Assembly (NCBI GenBank): GCA_964247055.1
Contig: OZ176050.1
Coordinates: 12,896,001-12,960,000 of the forward strand
Source of the DNA: Paragordius varius
Lineage: Eukaryota > Animalia > Nematomorpha
Direction: 5' to 3'
Length of the DNA: 64,000 bases
The notes under the pieces are model-generated. The model was not told the origin of the DNA, ran no database searches, and worked only from the letters and a program-made list of their open reading frames with translations. How positions within the stretch are numbered: position 1 is the stretch's first letter; every line of letters starts with the position of its first letter. A program made the translations under genes and the position numbers. Below, in pieces: positions 23,001 to 37,252 of this stretch.

Positions 23001-26000
23001 TCCGCATAATATCGGAATATGTTGTTTGTCTTATATATTATTAAGCAGACTCATTTTTAATTTTAATTATATAAAATAGTATAAAGAAAGTCCTTAAAGA
23101 AATAAATATAGGAGTCCAAGAATAGAAAATTCGGAGACTAACCACTGTGGATTTTTAAATATTATTATTAAGTTTTATCTTATGTTGTGTTTATATGTCT
23201 TGTATTATTTTAGTGCCGAAACAATTTTACGGGCACACGTGCTGGAATTCGAACGAAATCGTGAACAATTGACCTTTCTCAAGGTAAACTCAGAAATAAA
23301 TTATTGATCTGATTTCTTAAAATAAGTAATGATGACAGAATTTTATTTTGAATAAACTTTTTTATTTTTACTATAATATTAAATTACTCTTTTTAATTAA
23401 TATCTTTTTTGCCTTTTTACTCATATATACCTTAAATTCTTTAAGTAAAGACCTGGCTTAGCAACTAAATTTTTCATCTACACTTTATCTTAAAAAACGC
23501 TTTATAATCATAATTGGACAGACTGACCAAATTTTACGAATCCTTTATTTAATCGGTATTCAAATTATCATTTTATACATTTTTTTACACTTTTAGTGGT
23601 TTTCTCAAACAGCTTTTCCCAACGTTCGTATAACACCACCCGGTTGCAGCCAATCTCAATCTCTTAGTCTAGAATTCTTGGCTAGGTTTATTGTGAAAAC
23701 AGCAGCCCAGTATGCAAGAAAAAGCGTAGAAAAAACTGATGAAGAAACTCCCATGATGATAAGATTAGATAATTTGTGTGGAACTGACATACATATACCC
23801 ATGATTAATGGATTGGGAATACTGTCATATTGTAATGAATTTTAATCTTTTTAGATGAATTTTTCTTTTTTTCTAGTTCTAGTACAGTATAAAAGATTCT
23901 GGTCAAATTTTGTTTAACACCCATTATTCTGTTTTAGTATTTGAGAAAGTATTAATTAAGAAATTTTTGACACAAAGTTATATTTCATTATAATTGTTAA
24001 ATGATTGGAATTACTCATTTAAGAACCGTTGTTCGGTATATAAATCTATTTTAACACCCATTATTCCGTTTTAGTATTTGAGAAAGTATTAATTAAGAAA
24101 TTTTAGACACAAATTTATATGCCATAATATAATTGTTAATTTATTGAAATTACTCAAAGAACCGTTGTTCGATCTAAAATCTATTTTAAGACACAATCTT
24201 ATGTATATATGTTTACCAAATTAAATAAATATTCTTTGAATGAAGTTATAGATAATTTACTTATTTTTATTTAAACATATAGGCACAAGTGGGATTGAAT
24301 GTCAAAATGTTATGTTGGGCCATTCTATACCCTTTCCCACCTCATATAATTTCGGCACTTTAGACAATAATAATCAGGATGAATTAATATTACAGGATTC
24401 TATTGTGGGTGTCCGTTTAGACTTTAGCAATAAGGATAAACCATTTAATCAATATGTTACGACGACAGATATTGTCCTACATATAACTAAGGTGGTTTTT
24501 TTATCCTAATTTTAAACCTAAGAAACCAATTATTTAATAAAGGATATAATCTTTGGAGTTTATGTGCTGAAAAGAAAGTCTCTGGGTAAAATTTTATTTT
24601 AACAAAAAGAAATGGTTGAAATAGGTTTACTTATTATTGTTATATATACCATTTAAATTCAAATTCACCCTTAATTAAAATATATGATTTTTAAGATTAA
24701 AAATTACCTATATTTTTATATATTTTAAAAAAATAAACATTTTGTTTTAAATTAAAATAATAAAAAATAATAAACTATGCCATAATTATATATTACATAT
24801 TAATAATGAGAATGTTAGTTCGAAAACACTTAATTTATTTTTCGGGTGAATTTGAATTCTTTAAGGGTGAATTGGAACTGTAAATAGTATATTTAAGTAA
24901 AATATTTAGAATCCATAACTTTTTTATATAATTTGGTTTCTCTTAATCAAACTTAGTGTTTTTTCTGATAAATTGTTTTAACATTTTGGTAATAAACGAG
25001 TTAAATATGCCGTTTTTTCACATTCATCAACTGTATAAAACTCTGTTCTTTTTAATTATATAAAAATATTTACTTCATATAATATTTTCAAAATTTTTTA
25101 TTTTTTTTTATAAAAAGGCACTTCGAAATGCCAATGAAGATATTAGAGGCAGGATTTGTGAATTTTACGGTCCTGGGCTTGTGCATTTAACCATTCCTGA
25201 ACGGCTAGCCATTGCCAATATGTATGGGGAGTATGGGGCTGTCCTAGCTTATTTCCCATTTGATAACACAACGTTTGAATACATTCTTGCCCTCAATACC
25301 CATACATCGAATCCGGGTAGGGCAATTTTTTTTATCTAAAACCTATAATAAACCCCCCTTAGTAAGGTAGATCGACCCCTTTCTAATAAGCTTTTATAAT
25401 GGCTTTTCCAGCATCATTTAAGGCTTTTTATGAGTAAACAGCGCTAATTAAATTAGCTTATGTTGATTGATTTGCACTTTTTCCAATATTTTTAAAAAGT
25501 GTATTTATTTTTAAACAATTGAATATATTCTTGCCCTCATACCCATATATCGAATCCGGGTAGGCACAGTTCTTTTTCTTTTGATAAATGAATATAGGCT
25601 ACCGATAGACACCCCCTTTAATGGGCTTTTTATATAAACAGTTTAATTAAGTATTTAATTAGCACTTTATTGATTATATTGCAATATTTTATTTTTAAAT
25701 ACGGTTTTTTGACGTGTAATACATTCTTGCCCTCAGTACTTATACATCAATTCCGGATTTTTAAATAAACAGCACTTATAAAATATTTTTCCTATTTTTT
25801 ATAAAGTCTAAATTATTTAGCTTTAAATCATTTAAAGTTAAGTAAGTTTGTGGGTCTTATGGAGCCCTTTTATTAACAAAAAAATAATGAAAAATATTTT
25901 TTAACAAAATATATCCAGAGAAAAATGAAAATAAATATTAATTTATTAATTATAAAAAATTTTTATTTCATATGAAAATGGGTCATGATACTGATTGTAT

Positions 26001-29000
26001 TTTTCAATATTAATCATTACAGTAGGGGAAGATTAGTTTTAATTTTTAGCTATAATTTACTATTTAAAAAATTATATATATATATATTTATATGTTGTTA
26101 TAGATTGTTCACTGGATGAAATCCATTTTATTAAACACTATTACAAAGTTTGTGGATTGTTCTATGATCCCTCTGATGAGGCACATAAAGAACCTATATA
26201 TAAAAAGGTAAACATATCTTAATTAATTAGTTTTAAATGCAGTCAAACCTATTTTAAATGTCCAGATTACACTTAACCATGTTTTACCCCTTGACTTTTT
26301 TGTACGATATGTATTAATAGGTTTAAAATCGATTTAGAATATATAACCCCATATTTTTAACTAACTTATGTATTTATATATATATATATATATATATAAT
26401 TCCACTTCAAGAGTGTCTTTTAACACTTCAAGTTGGTCCTTTAACACTTCAAATTGGTCCTTAAATTAACATTTTTATTTTGTTTTGAACTTTTATCAAT
26501 TAAACCATGTATAATTCATCTATCTTATCATTTTTAACTTATTAATTTAATCTATACTTTTAAATGAATATCTTTTTTATTTTAAATAAATGTTATATCT
26601 TATTAATTTTCTATATAATAATTATAAATATTGTTTGTGATTAATTGTATTTTTTTTCTATAATGCACCAATAAGTTCAAAATATGCCACTAAAATACTG
26701 CTATTATTTCAAAAAAAAGATCTTTTTGCCAAAATTGGTATGGCTTCGTGTTTTTACTAAAAGTGGTTTGCCTGTATGTATTTTTATTTTTGATATTATA
26801 GTTTTTTATCGATGGTTGCTAGGATTGGGTTTTAACCCAGTCAAAAAATATTAACCGCTCCGCTTATATATATTCACTTAATCGCGCTTACGATCAATCA
26901 ATAAAATATCAAAATTGGGAATGAATTTTATCAATAACAAATAAAACGAAAAAACTAATCGTATCAGTTTAACGGTGTGTTATTTAAAAATATATTATAA
27001 TGAATATTGAGATTAAGTTTCAGAATTTATTTTTTGCATTTTTAGAAACAAATTTATTTTCCCTATGTATGTTTAATATTGTCTGTATAAAAAATTTTGA
27101 TTAATTTTTTGTGAAGAACCACACTTTATATTGGGGTTATAATTCAGCAGCTATAATTAAATGAATTTGTGAATGTTTGATTACAAGTATTGTCAAACAT
27201 ATAAATAAAATTAAAATATAATCTTACAATTAAAGTAATTTTTATCCTATAACAAAGATTGCTTGTAGTATTGATGAAAATTCACTCTAAAAAAATTATT
27301 CAATTGTAGCTAAATTATAACCCCAATAAAAACACTTCAGCATAAACAAGATCTAAACATCTTAGTTATTCGACAAAAATTTAAGTTAAATAATTTGTAA
27401 TTTGATTATTGGTAAATTTACATAATTTCAATAGATATTAATTTCATTAATATGTTATTCATAATTTACAGGTAATCGATATCGATTTAAGCCAAGTTAA
27501 CACCTATCTTAGCGGACCGCATAAGGCTTCCGAAAAACTTGCATTTCACGGATCTCTGTTGCCAAATTCAGGAGATTTTACCAATCAAGATTGCGATCAT
27601 ACCCAACAAGAACAAGAAAAAATAATTTTGCCAAAAATGTAATTTATTTTTATATTTTCGTTGTAATTTTTCAAAAAATTTTTATAGGTTACTGTAGATG
27701 TAGATTATAATAATTGAAATTGTAAAAATTCATATTTAAATTTATTTCGATGTTTTATTTTATGGAATGTGTTTTTTTTCTGCAAAAATTTTATGACTTT
27801 ATTTAATGTGATAGGAAAATTAGATGACTAACATTTTGAATTTTGGAAAAATTTCTATGTTTTACAGATTATCTAATTACTATTGGTTTTATTTAAGGGC
27901 TTGGAACGGGCTCAAAAAAGTGGAACCGGAACCGCGTTGGTTCCTTAAAAATTTAGCGGTTCAAGAACCGGTTCCATTTTTGGTTATTGACTTTTGATTA
28001 AATGATTTGCAAAATTATTATAATAATACAACCAAAATATTAACAATTATAAATCAAACAATTTATTATAAATTGTTAAATGTATAATGAAAGAAATATA
28101 GGGTAGCTTAATAAATGTACCAAAATACAAAAATATAATGGGAAAATGTATAAGTAGGTATAAAATGAGAGGGAAATTAAGTGGCATCTAAAAAAATCTT
28201 TATTTAATTTTAAATTATGCACCAAGCAATTAGCTAATCAAACTGCTTCTCAAGTCTGAAAATAGAAAATTAAGGGTGAAAAAACTCCTTTTAACGAAGA
28301 CCTATATATACGAACATATGTATTATAAACTCGAATTACTATTAGTTTTTTAGAACAGCCGAGTTGTCCATAATTCAGAGCGTATTGCTACTATAATATT
28401 AGGCGCTTAGTTTTAGGTTTAAAGCTTAAGGTATGTAATATGTAGTGAAAATTATATGGGAACCAGTAATTAAGGGGTTGGAACTTCCATATCAATGGAA
28501 CCGGTTCTTGTTAAAATCCCAGGAACCGGGTTCCGGTTCCAAGCCCTGTTTTATTTATTTAAATTACAATTTTGATAACCGTTTTAATTATAGAAAACTG
28601 CAAATTAGGCTTGTTTAAATATTTTGAAATCGTTTTTCATTCCATTTTTCAATTTTCTATAATATACTTTTTGTTTTTGACTTAGAAATGGACACATTGC
28701 TTTAGCCAGTATAACAAGTTGTAATAATGCCACGAATGGTAGTGTTATGTTAGCCGCTGGTCTCTTAGCCAAATCAGCTCTGGAAAAGGGATTGTTACGA
28801 AAGGTTTGAGCAATTTTTTATTTGTGTTTTGAATTTTATTTTTAAAATTAGGGTTTTTTTGAAATCCAATTTATAAATAGGCCAAAATTTTTAAAATATT
28901 GTTTTTTTAATAATACCTAGTATATGATTAGCATTGAGCTAAAATAATGCTTTATCTAAATATAGGATGAGTTTTTTAAAAAATTTTTGAAATAGGGATT

Positions 29001-32000
29001 ATGTTGATAAAAATAACTTTATGATCTGTAAACTGATTTGTTAATAAATTTAATTTTTTTTTACATTATGCCAATTTAGATTATAAATAGGTCGTTTTTC
29101 GGTGCGGTTTTACATTTTAAACAATAGCATTTCATCACATTGTTCGAATATTTATCCATCTGAAATATTAATATATAAAAAGTAATCAGTTTTAATATTA
29201 GAGTATGCATTTTAATGGTGGCTTATACACTATAGTAGGGCATGCAACACAATAGTATGTGGAAAAGAAAGGAGAAAATCGTTTATTTAACATTTTGTTG
29301 TTTTTTCCATACACTACTGTCTGTTGCAAATTACCATACTATAGTGTGAAATAAGCAACCATTAAAATGCATTAAAAGAATGTTGACCTTTAACAATATT
29401 TTCCTTTTGTTTATTTAATTATGGAGAAAATTAGTTTTATAAACATACGCTACTACTGTATTACCAATTGGCCACAATAATAATCTAAATAAACCTGTTT
29501 AAATGTGCATACTGTATATATTTTACGTTCGCTCATAACATATTTAAGCACATTGCCGAAAATTCTACCATTGAATTACGGTTGGAACCAGGAATATCGG
29601 GTTATTGGTGTTTAGCGGAAAGCTTAACCCTACCATACCTGACTAAATTGGGGTTTGATATTACCGGTTTTGGGTGTAGTCAATGTCAACATCAGTCACA
29701 AATTGATTTACAAACTAAAAATCGTAATAATGGGAATTCTTCTACTGCTGATAATAACTATCATCTAAACGAATCTCTTGCCCAATTAAGTGATATAATT
29801 TCCATATTTTTTTTAAAAAATTGTTTAATTCTTGATAATATATTGATTCCATTGTTTGAAGGCGTGATCCTTCACATGTCCAAACAATTTAAGTCCTTAC
29901 CCTTTAATAAAAAAGAAAAAAGAGACTCTAAGCTATATATATATATATATATATATTGATTAAATTGTTTAGTTTGAATAGCAATAATTAAATTTACCAT
30001 AACTACTATAGTAATATTTGTCTAATATAAAATTAAAATAATAATTTTTGTCGATGTTTTGGGGTTATCTTTTATATTTATTAAAAGTCTTGTTATACAA
30101 GTCAAAAATTATATACCTTAAAAGGTTATGTATGATATTTTATTAACGTATACTTTTCAAAATTATTAGATCTTAATACCAATATTGACAATGATGTTTA
30201 TCGTTTAATGGACGCTTGGCGAAAAAAGTTTGATGGATATTCAGCAATAAATAATTCGCAAATTAGTCACTCCAAGGATAGTGTTGGATTAGGTCTGTAT
30301 ACTATAACAAGAATTTTAAATTTAAAAATCTTTTTTTTACTATATTTATATTTGTTAGATTTTAGGATTTTTTCTTGTTTCATTATCATATGATATATCT
30401 ACCAACTTGTTAGTATAAACCAATTGTAAAGATTAAGTTGGCTTTGTTATTGTAATAAATATATTTTCTTTGAATTTTCCAATAAATAAAACATTTTTTT
30501 AGTGTATTACATAATTTTTTAAATTTTAGATAAAAAATCACATATAATTTTTATTCCTGACTATTCTTTCTTTGGACAAATATTATTTTTAACCTAAAAA
30601 ATTTTTTTTTCGTGTTTTAATTCAATATATTTTATAGATATATACGGTGTTATATCTAACAATCGAAATTTTGAGGGTCGAACAAAACCCCACCCAAAAT
30701 CGACGTATTTGTGTTCTCCACTTTTAGTGATAGCTTATGCCTTGGCAGGAAATATTTATCATGATTTTGAAAAACAACCCTTAAACTCAAAAGATTCAAG
30801 AAAAGGTAATTTTAAAGACTTTTGTTATATATTTTGCTTAAAATTGTCTTTTTTAAAATTAAATATATATATTGTGTATAATAAATTAGTTATTTTTTAT
30901 ATCATTTCTATGCGTTTAAATATTAAATTTGGCTTAAATATTGTCATGGTTTTACCATTGTCTTATATTTATAATTCTATTAACGATAAAATCTTTTGCG
31001 ACTTTTGAATTATATTACGTAGTTTATGCTTTATTCCAATTTTCAGGGAATTTTAGCATATTATACCATTCTAAACATCAGTGTATCGTATTTTGAGGTT
31101 ATTAAAGTTTATATATATTCTGCGTGCGCATTTTAGGCAACATTGTTAACCAAACCGACGTCTCAAAAAACTCTGATTGCATTTATCTTGCTGACATTTG
31201 GCCTAGTAGAGAACAAATTAAACATGTTGAAAATACGATAGTTATGCCTGCCCTTTACGATAACCTAAGGAAACGGTATTGTGGATTTTATTATATTGCA
31301 ATTATAATTCAACTAAAATTATATATGAATTTATTGTAAATTTTCGATATTACTACTAGTAATCTTTGTTAAACGTAAAAAAATATATAATTAAGATATA
31401 AACTAATAAATTTAAAGTAAAAAGTAGTAAAAATAATTAATGAGATATGAAACTAAAAAACATGTGTGTATTGTTATTAAGAAAAAAGTTTGTAATATTC
31501 ATTTATATTGTTGAGATCTTTTTACCTAATTTTGTGAAAAAATAATAAATTTTAATTTGCCAAATTTTTTAAGGAGAAAAAAGGTGTAATTAAAATTAAT
31601 TAGTGTATATTTAATGCATTTTTTGCCTTATAGAATCCGTGAAGGAGGTAATGAAGATTGGCGTGAATTAAGGGTGGAACCTTTAAATTCAAATTCTGAA
31701 AACTTTAATCCCTCTTCGATTTGTATTTCCTATCCTTGGAATCGATATTCAACTTGCCTTAAACCAAACCCAAACTTTATGATGAATGCAAAACTAAACG
31801 ACGATTTAAAAGATCATTATTCAGTTATAGCTGTGTTTGGAGATAATGTTAGCACAGATCATATCTCACCTGCCGGGAGTATAGCACGTCAAAGTTGTGC
31901 TGCACAATATTTAATGGCTCAGGGGTAATTTATTATGTTACAGTAAAATATTTTAAGTGAAAAGTGTCACACATCAATATAAATTTACTGCATTGGATGA

Positions 32001-35000
32001 ATATTTCACAAATATATAATAAGTTTTTATGTAACTTGTAATATTTTATTATGTTCTTTACCATTAGAGGCTCGAATTTACCACCTTGTATGTAACAATT
32101 TGTATTGATTGTATAGGTAAAAAATTAAAACAATAATTAAAGACCAAGAAACAAATATTATAATAAAAGCATAAACCTTGGCTTTTAAATAAAATTTATT
32201 ATTTTGTGTTGCCGAAATTGGAATAGAGATAGATCACACCAATTCTTATATATTATAAATGGAAAATTGAAAAGAATATAGTTTTATGGGTAAAAATATT
32301 ATTCTTATATTTTATTTATAAACGATTATGTTTAGGCTAAAACCGCGTGAATTCAATTCGTATGGTAGTCGACGCGGTAATTATGAAGTTATGTTACGAG
32401 GTATATTTGCTAATCCCCGTTTAATTAACTTATTGGTTGATCGAAATGTTGTTTCTCCCAAAGGTAATGGCATTTTTTGATATTTTTTATTCAATGAAAT
32501 GATAAATAAAAATGTGAAAGTTTACTATGTATAACAAAACGCAGATTTTTTTAGTTGATTTGAACTGTTTTTACTAATGTACAATATGGGTATAGGTAAA
32601 AGTTTGCAAATTAAAAGTTGAATTTTTTTATATAGAGATTTAATTTAAAGAATGTAAAAGGCCCACATTATCATTATAAATCCTTAATTTTTATATAATC
32701 AATTGGTTAGCCATTTTTAACCCAACTATAAGAAATAATTATGTATAAAAATATGGTGTTAGCTCCAGTAACGCGAATTGCGACTTTATATTAAAAACCA
32801 AAGCTATACATATTTATTGCCTCAATTTTATCTAATTTACTGTTTGACAAATAAATCAAAATTCTGTTCTTTTTAAATAAACTTTATTTAATATATATTT
32901 GTATATATATATAGTACCTCTTAACTATACGCGAGTCCCAACAATGATTAACATTGATAGAGATGATAATAAATTTTCTGATGGTGTTAATGAGTACAAA
33001 CGAACTAACAATCGCAAAGATTGTGAACAATATGTATCGATATATGAAGCCTGTTCTACTTATCATAATTATAATGTTGAACGTTGTAAGTATTTTACAC
33101 AATTTTTTCGGTTTATTTTAGTGTTGGATATACGTGGCCGAAATTTAAAATTTTAATTTTCAAATTATTAATAATAAAGGTAAACCTATTGTGGATCTGT
33201 TGTTGGTGAGCTTTTATAGGAAAATTTCCTCCACTCGGATATGTCGTGGGCTTTTGAGATAGATTTTGCAGTTGCATTTTAGAAAGTGATAAAATTTCGT
33301 CTACCGAACGAATACCTCTTAACATAATATCTTTTTTCAAAGAAGTCCTCGAATAAAGTGTCGAAAGTAACCTTTATCATTATACCCCGAAGCGTTGTTT
33401 GTGCGTTGATTTTATTTACGATGTCGATGTTCTTAACTTTGTTCTTCCATGTTATACTAAATATTTTTCTCCACCAAAACATAAAGCGTTTATCCTTTTC
33501 TCGTCACCACTTTTAATGGACCAGCTTTCACAGCCGTATAACATAATCGGAAATAATAATGCGTTTATTAGTCGGATTTTTGTTTTTAGATTTATTTCAT
33601 GAGATTTCCATATCTTGTAGTGTGAGGTTAGAGCGCATTGGCGATAGCTATGCGTATTTATTTTTTAGGAACTGGAGCTCGATATGTTGATATGCTTTCG
33701 AGGTATGTATATTCGTTGACCAATTGAATCGTTTCGTTATAACTTTAAAGCGAGTCATAAAAATGGGAGTTGATATGGAATATTTTAGTTATTTTGAGGT
33801 TTAATGTTAGATTATATTTTTTGCACAAAAGTTCGGAGACTGTTTTCAAGGTTTGTTTGTTAGTTGGCTAAGATTAATGACCCCCCCATTTTTAGGCAGA
33901 TTTAGATCCCTCATGATTCATTCCAAATTTAAATGTTGAACAACATGGGGGATAAAATGCAGCTTCTAGAAGGTCGGGCCATGCGGGGTGTTAATTAATA
34001 GGTAGGAGTTGGAGTATATGGATTTAATTAGTTTGATTAAGTGATCGAACTCCTGTTTGTTTAAGGGCCTTCCAGAGAATATCAAGTTGAACGGTATCGA
34101 AAGCTTTAGAGAAATCCATGAAGCGTAGCTCATTTTTAAATTCACAGTTTTTTTCCATTATCCATCTAATGTATGAGATCTTGTCTCGGCATCCTTGCAC
34201 AAACTAATGAACCACTAATATTAAAAGAAGAAATCGAATGGGTCCTGAGGCACTCATTAACCGGCAAAGCAGAGGGATTCAATGACATCCCTACAGAGCT
34301 ACAAAGGCACATTCCCATAAAATTAATTCATTCATTATTCGAAAAAAAATCTTCAGTGAGGCAACATTTACGGCAGACTAAAACAAATCACTAGTGGTCC
34401 CGATATTCAAAAAGGGCGATCTTAAATTATGTGAAAACTACCACACAATAGCATGAATTAATCAAATCTCAAAAGTGTTTTTAAAAATAATACAGAATCG
34501 TCTACAACTATATGCCAACCCGGAAATCTCAATGACACAGGCGGGTTTTAGAGAAAAAAGAGGATGCCGAGGCATGATCTCAAACATTAGGTGGATAATG
34601 GGAAAAAACTTTAAATTCCAAAATGAGCTACACCCATTCTTCGTGGATTTCTCCAAAGCCTTCGATACCGTTCAACACGACATTCTCTGGAAGGCCCTTA
34701 AACTAATAGGAGTTTCCGATCACTTAATCAAACTAATTAAATCCATTCACTCCAACTCCTACATATCACTTAACACCCCACATGGCCCGACCTCTTGGAT
34801 TTTTGAACATATTATTCTTCATGTTGTTCATCATATATTTGGAATGTATCATGAGGGATCTAAATCTGCCAGGAATAAAAGTAGGGGGTCACACTCTGAC
34901 GACTTTTCACTACGCAGACGACACGGTAATCTTAGCAAATTCACAAACAAACCTTGAAAACAGTCTCCGAACTTTTATAAATGTGTGGAAAAAATATAAT

Positions 35001-37219
35001 TTAACATTAAACCTCAACGAAACTAAAATATTGGATATCAACTCTCCTCATTCCTATGACACGCTTTGGATTAGTAGTCTACAAATGCACATACCTTGGA
35101 AGCATTATCAACAACTTAAGCTCCAGTTCCCAAGATATAAGAAGACGCATAGCTATCGCCAAATGCGCTCTAGCCCCACACTACAAGATATGGAAATCTC
35201 ATGACATAACTCTTAAAACAAAAATCCGACTACTAAAGGCATTATTATTTCCTATCATGTTATACGAATGTGAAAACTGGATTATTAAAAGTCAAGACGA
35301 AAAAAGAATTAACGCTTTTGAAATGTTTTGCTGGAAAAATACTTAGTATAACATGGAAGGACAAAGTTAAGAACACCGACATCGTAAACAAAATCAACGC
35401 ACAAACAACGCTTCGGGGTAAAATAATAAAACAAAAATTCGGTTACTTTGGACACATTATTCGAGGACATTCTTTGGAAAAGGATATTATGTTAGGAAAA
35501 AAATGGCAAAAAAGGACTAAGACATATTCGTTGAATAGACGAAATTTTATCCTTTCTAAAATGCCACTGCAAAAACTACCTCAAAAAGCCTACGACAGAA
35601 CCGAGTGGATGAAGTTTTCTTACAAAATCGCTAATGGTCGATAACCGACCACTACAAGCTCAACAATGGGACCTTTGTACATTTGCTTTTTGCGCGAATG
35701 AATGTCTCTATCTAGGTTAACACAGATTGTATTATAATGAGATTCTTTGTCAGATCTAATGTAGTTTATTGTAGTTCATTATTAATATTTTTGTACTCAG
35801 GGGGAGTGCCCTTGGATTTTGCTATTTTTCCCTGATCAATTATGTGTAAGCTTTGTTGTGATATGGTGGATTTTTTGTTTTTGATTCGGGCAGGCGGTAT
35901 AGTCTCTTTGCCTGTTTCGGTGGTAATTTTGTAAATAGTTGACCGAAGGTCATCAGTGTTTAATGTTTTGTAGTTTAAGGATTCGAATTTATTGTTAAGG
36001 ATTAAAGCGAATTCGGCAGGTATTAAATTATAGTCAATTTGGTTTTGCAAAGTGGAAGGTTATGATTTGAATCACAGTCAGCGCTCACGTATCATCGGAT
36101 GTTCTGGGATGAGCTTTTGTATCTTTGCATGCCCATTTATATTTACGGCACGGTGAGTCCAAGTGTAAAGGCGTCTAGTAGGCTGCTTGAAAAACGAATT
36201 GGCTATGAAGAAATTGTGCTCTTGACAAAATTCAATTAGCCTTTCCCTCTGACCTTGTCTGTTTTATCGTTAGCTATGATGGCGTTAAAACCACCGATGA
36301 TGAAACTTATGTCTTTTTTGGATGTTTCTCTGAGAGACATTTGTAAGTCATTATAGAACTTTTCGCATTCCTCTTCGGGTGAGACACTCGAGAGGGGCAT
36401 AGACTTAATATGTTATAACTTTGGGTTTCGAATTCGTAGAGATATGATTCGATCGGAGATAGATCTATATATATATCGGTATGTTTGGCGAGATAATTCG
36501 ATATTAAAAACCACATCCATTTCGTTTGAACTCACCGCCTGAGTTATAAAACGAGTAATTGTCGAATATTTTGTGTGAGTTATGTTGCATATGAGTCTCC
36601 GACAGTCCTACCACATAAATGTTTAAACGTCACATCTCTCGAATTATTATATCCAATTTATTATCTAAACGGCCAAGTGTATTCCATGTCGCCATGTTTT
36701 GTGTTAGGTTATAGCAAATTCGTTTTTCAAGCAGCCTAATAGACGACCTTGGACCTCACCGTGCGCTAAATATAGGAACCAAATAGATTATATATTGGGC
36801 ATGCAAAGTTACAAAAGCTCATTACATCCGATGCTATGCGAGCGTTGACCGTAATTTAGATCTTAAACTTTTGATGGCCAAAATGAAAATAAAGTTACAA
36901 TTTCCACCCACATCAACATAATAACTTTTGCAAAAACAAATTGCCGAATTTGTTTTAACCCTTAACAAAAAATGCTAATTCTTAAAACCAATTATTTACA
37001 AAATTACCACCGGAACAGCCAAAAAGATTATACCGCCAGCCCCAATCAAAAACAAAAAAAGACGATATTACCGATAAAATATAGTTTAAGTTTTAATTTA
37101 AATGACAAAACATATAATCTAAATGACAACTATTTTTTTATAAAGATTTCTGTAATATGATTACAATTATAAAATACCAATTTCTTCTATTCCTTACTTT
37201 GCAACCCAAAACGTTAAGT

Positions 37220-37252
<33 letters not shown>

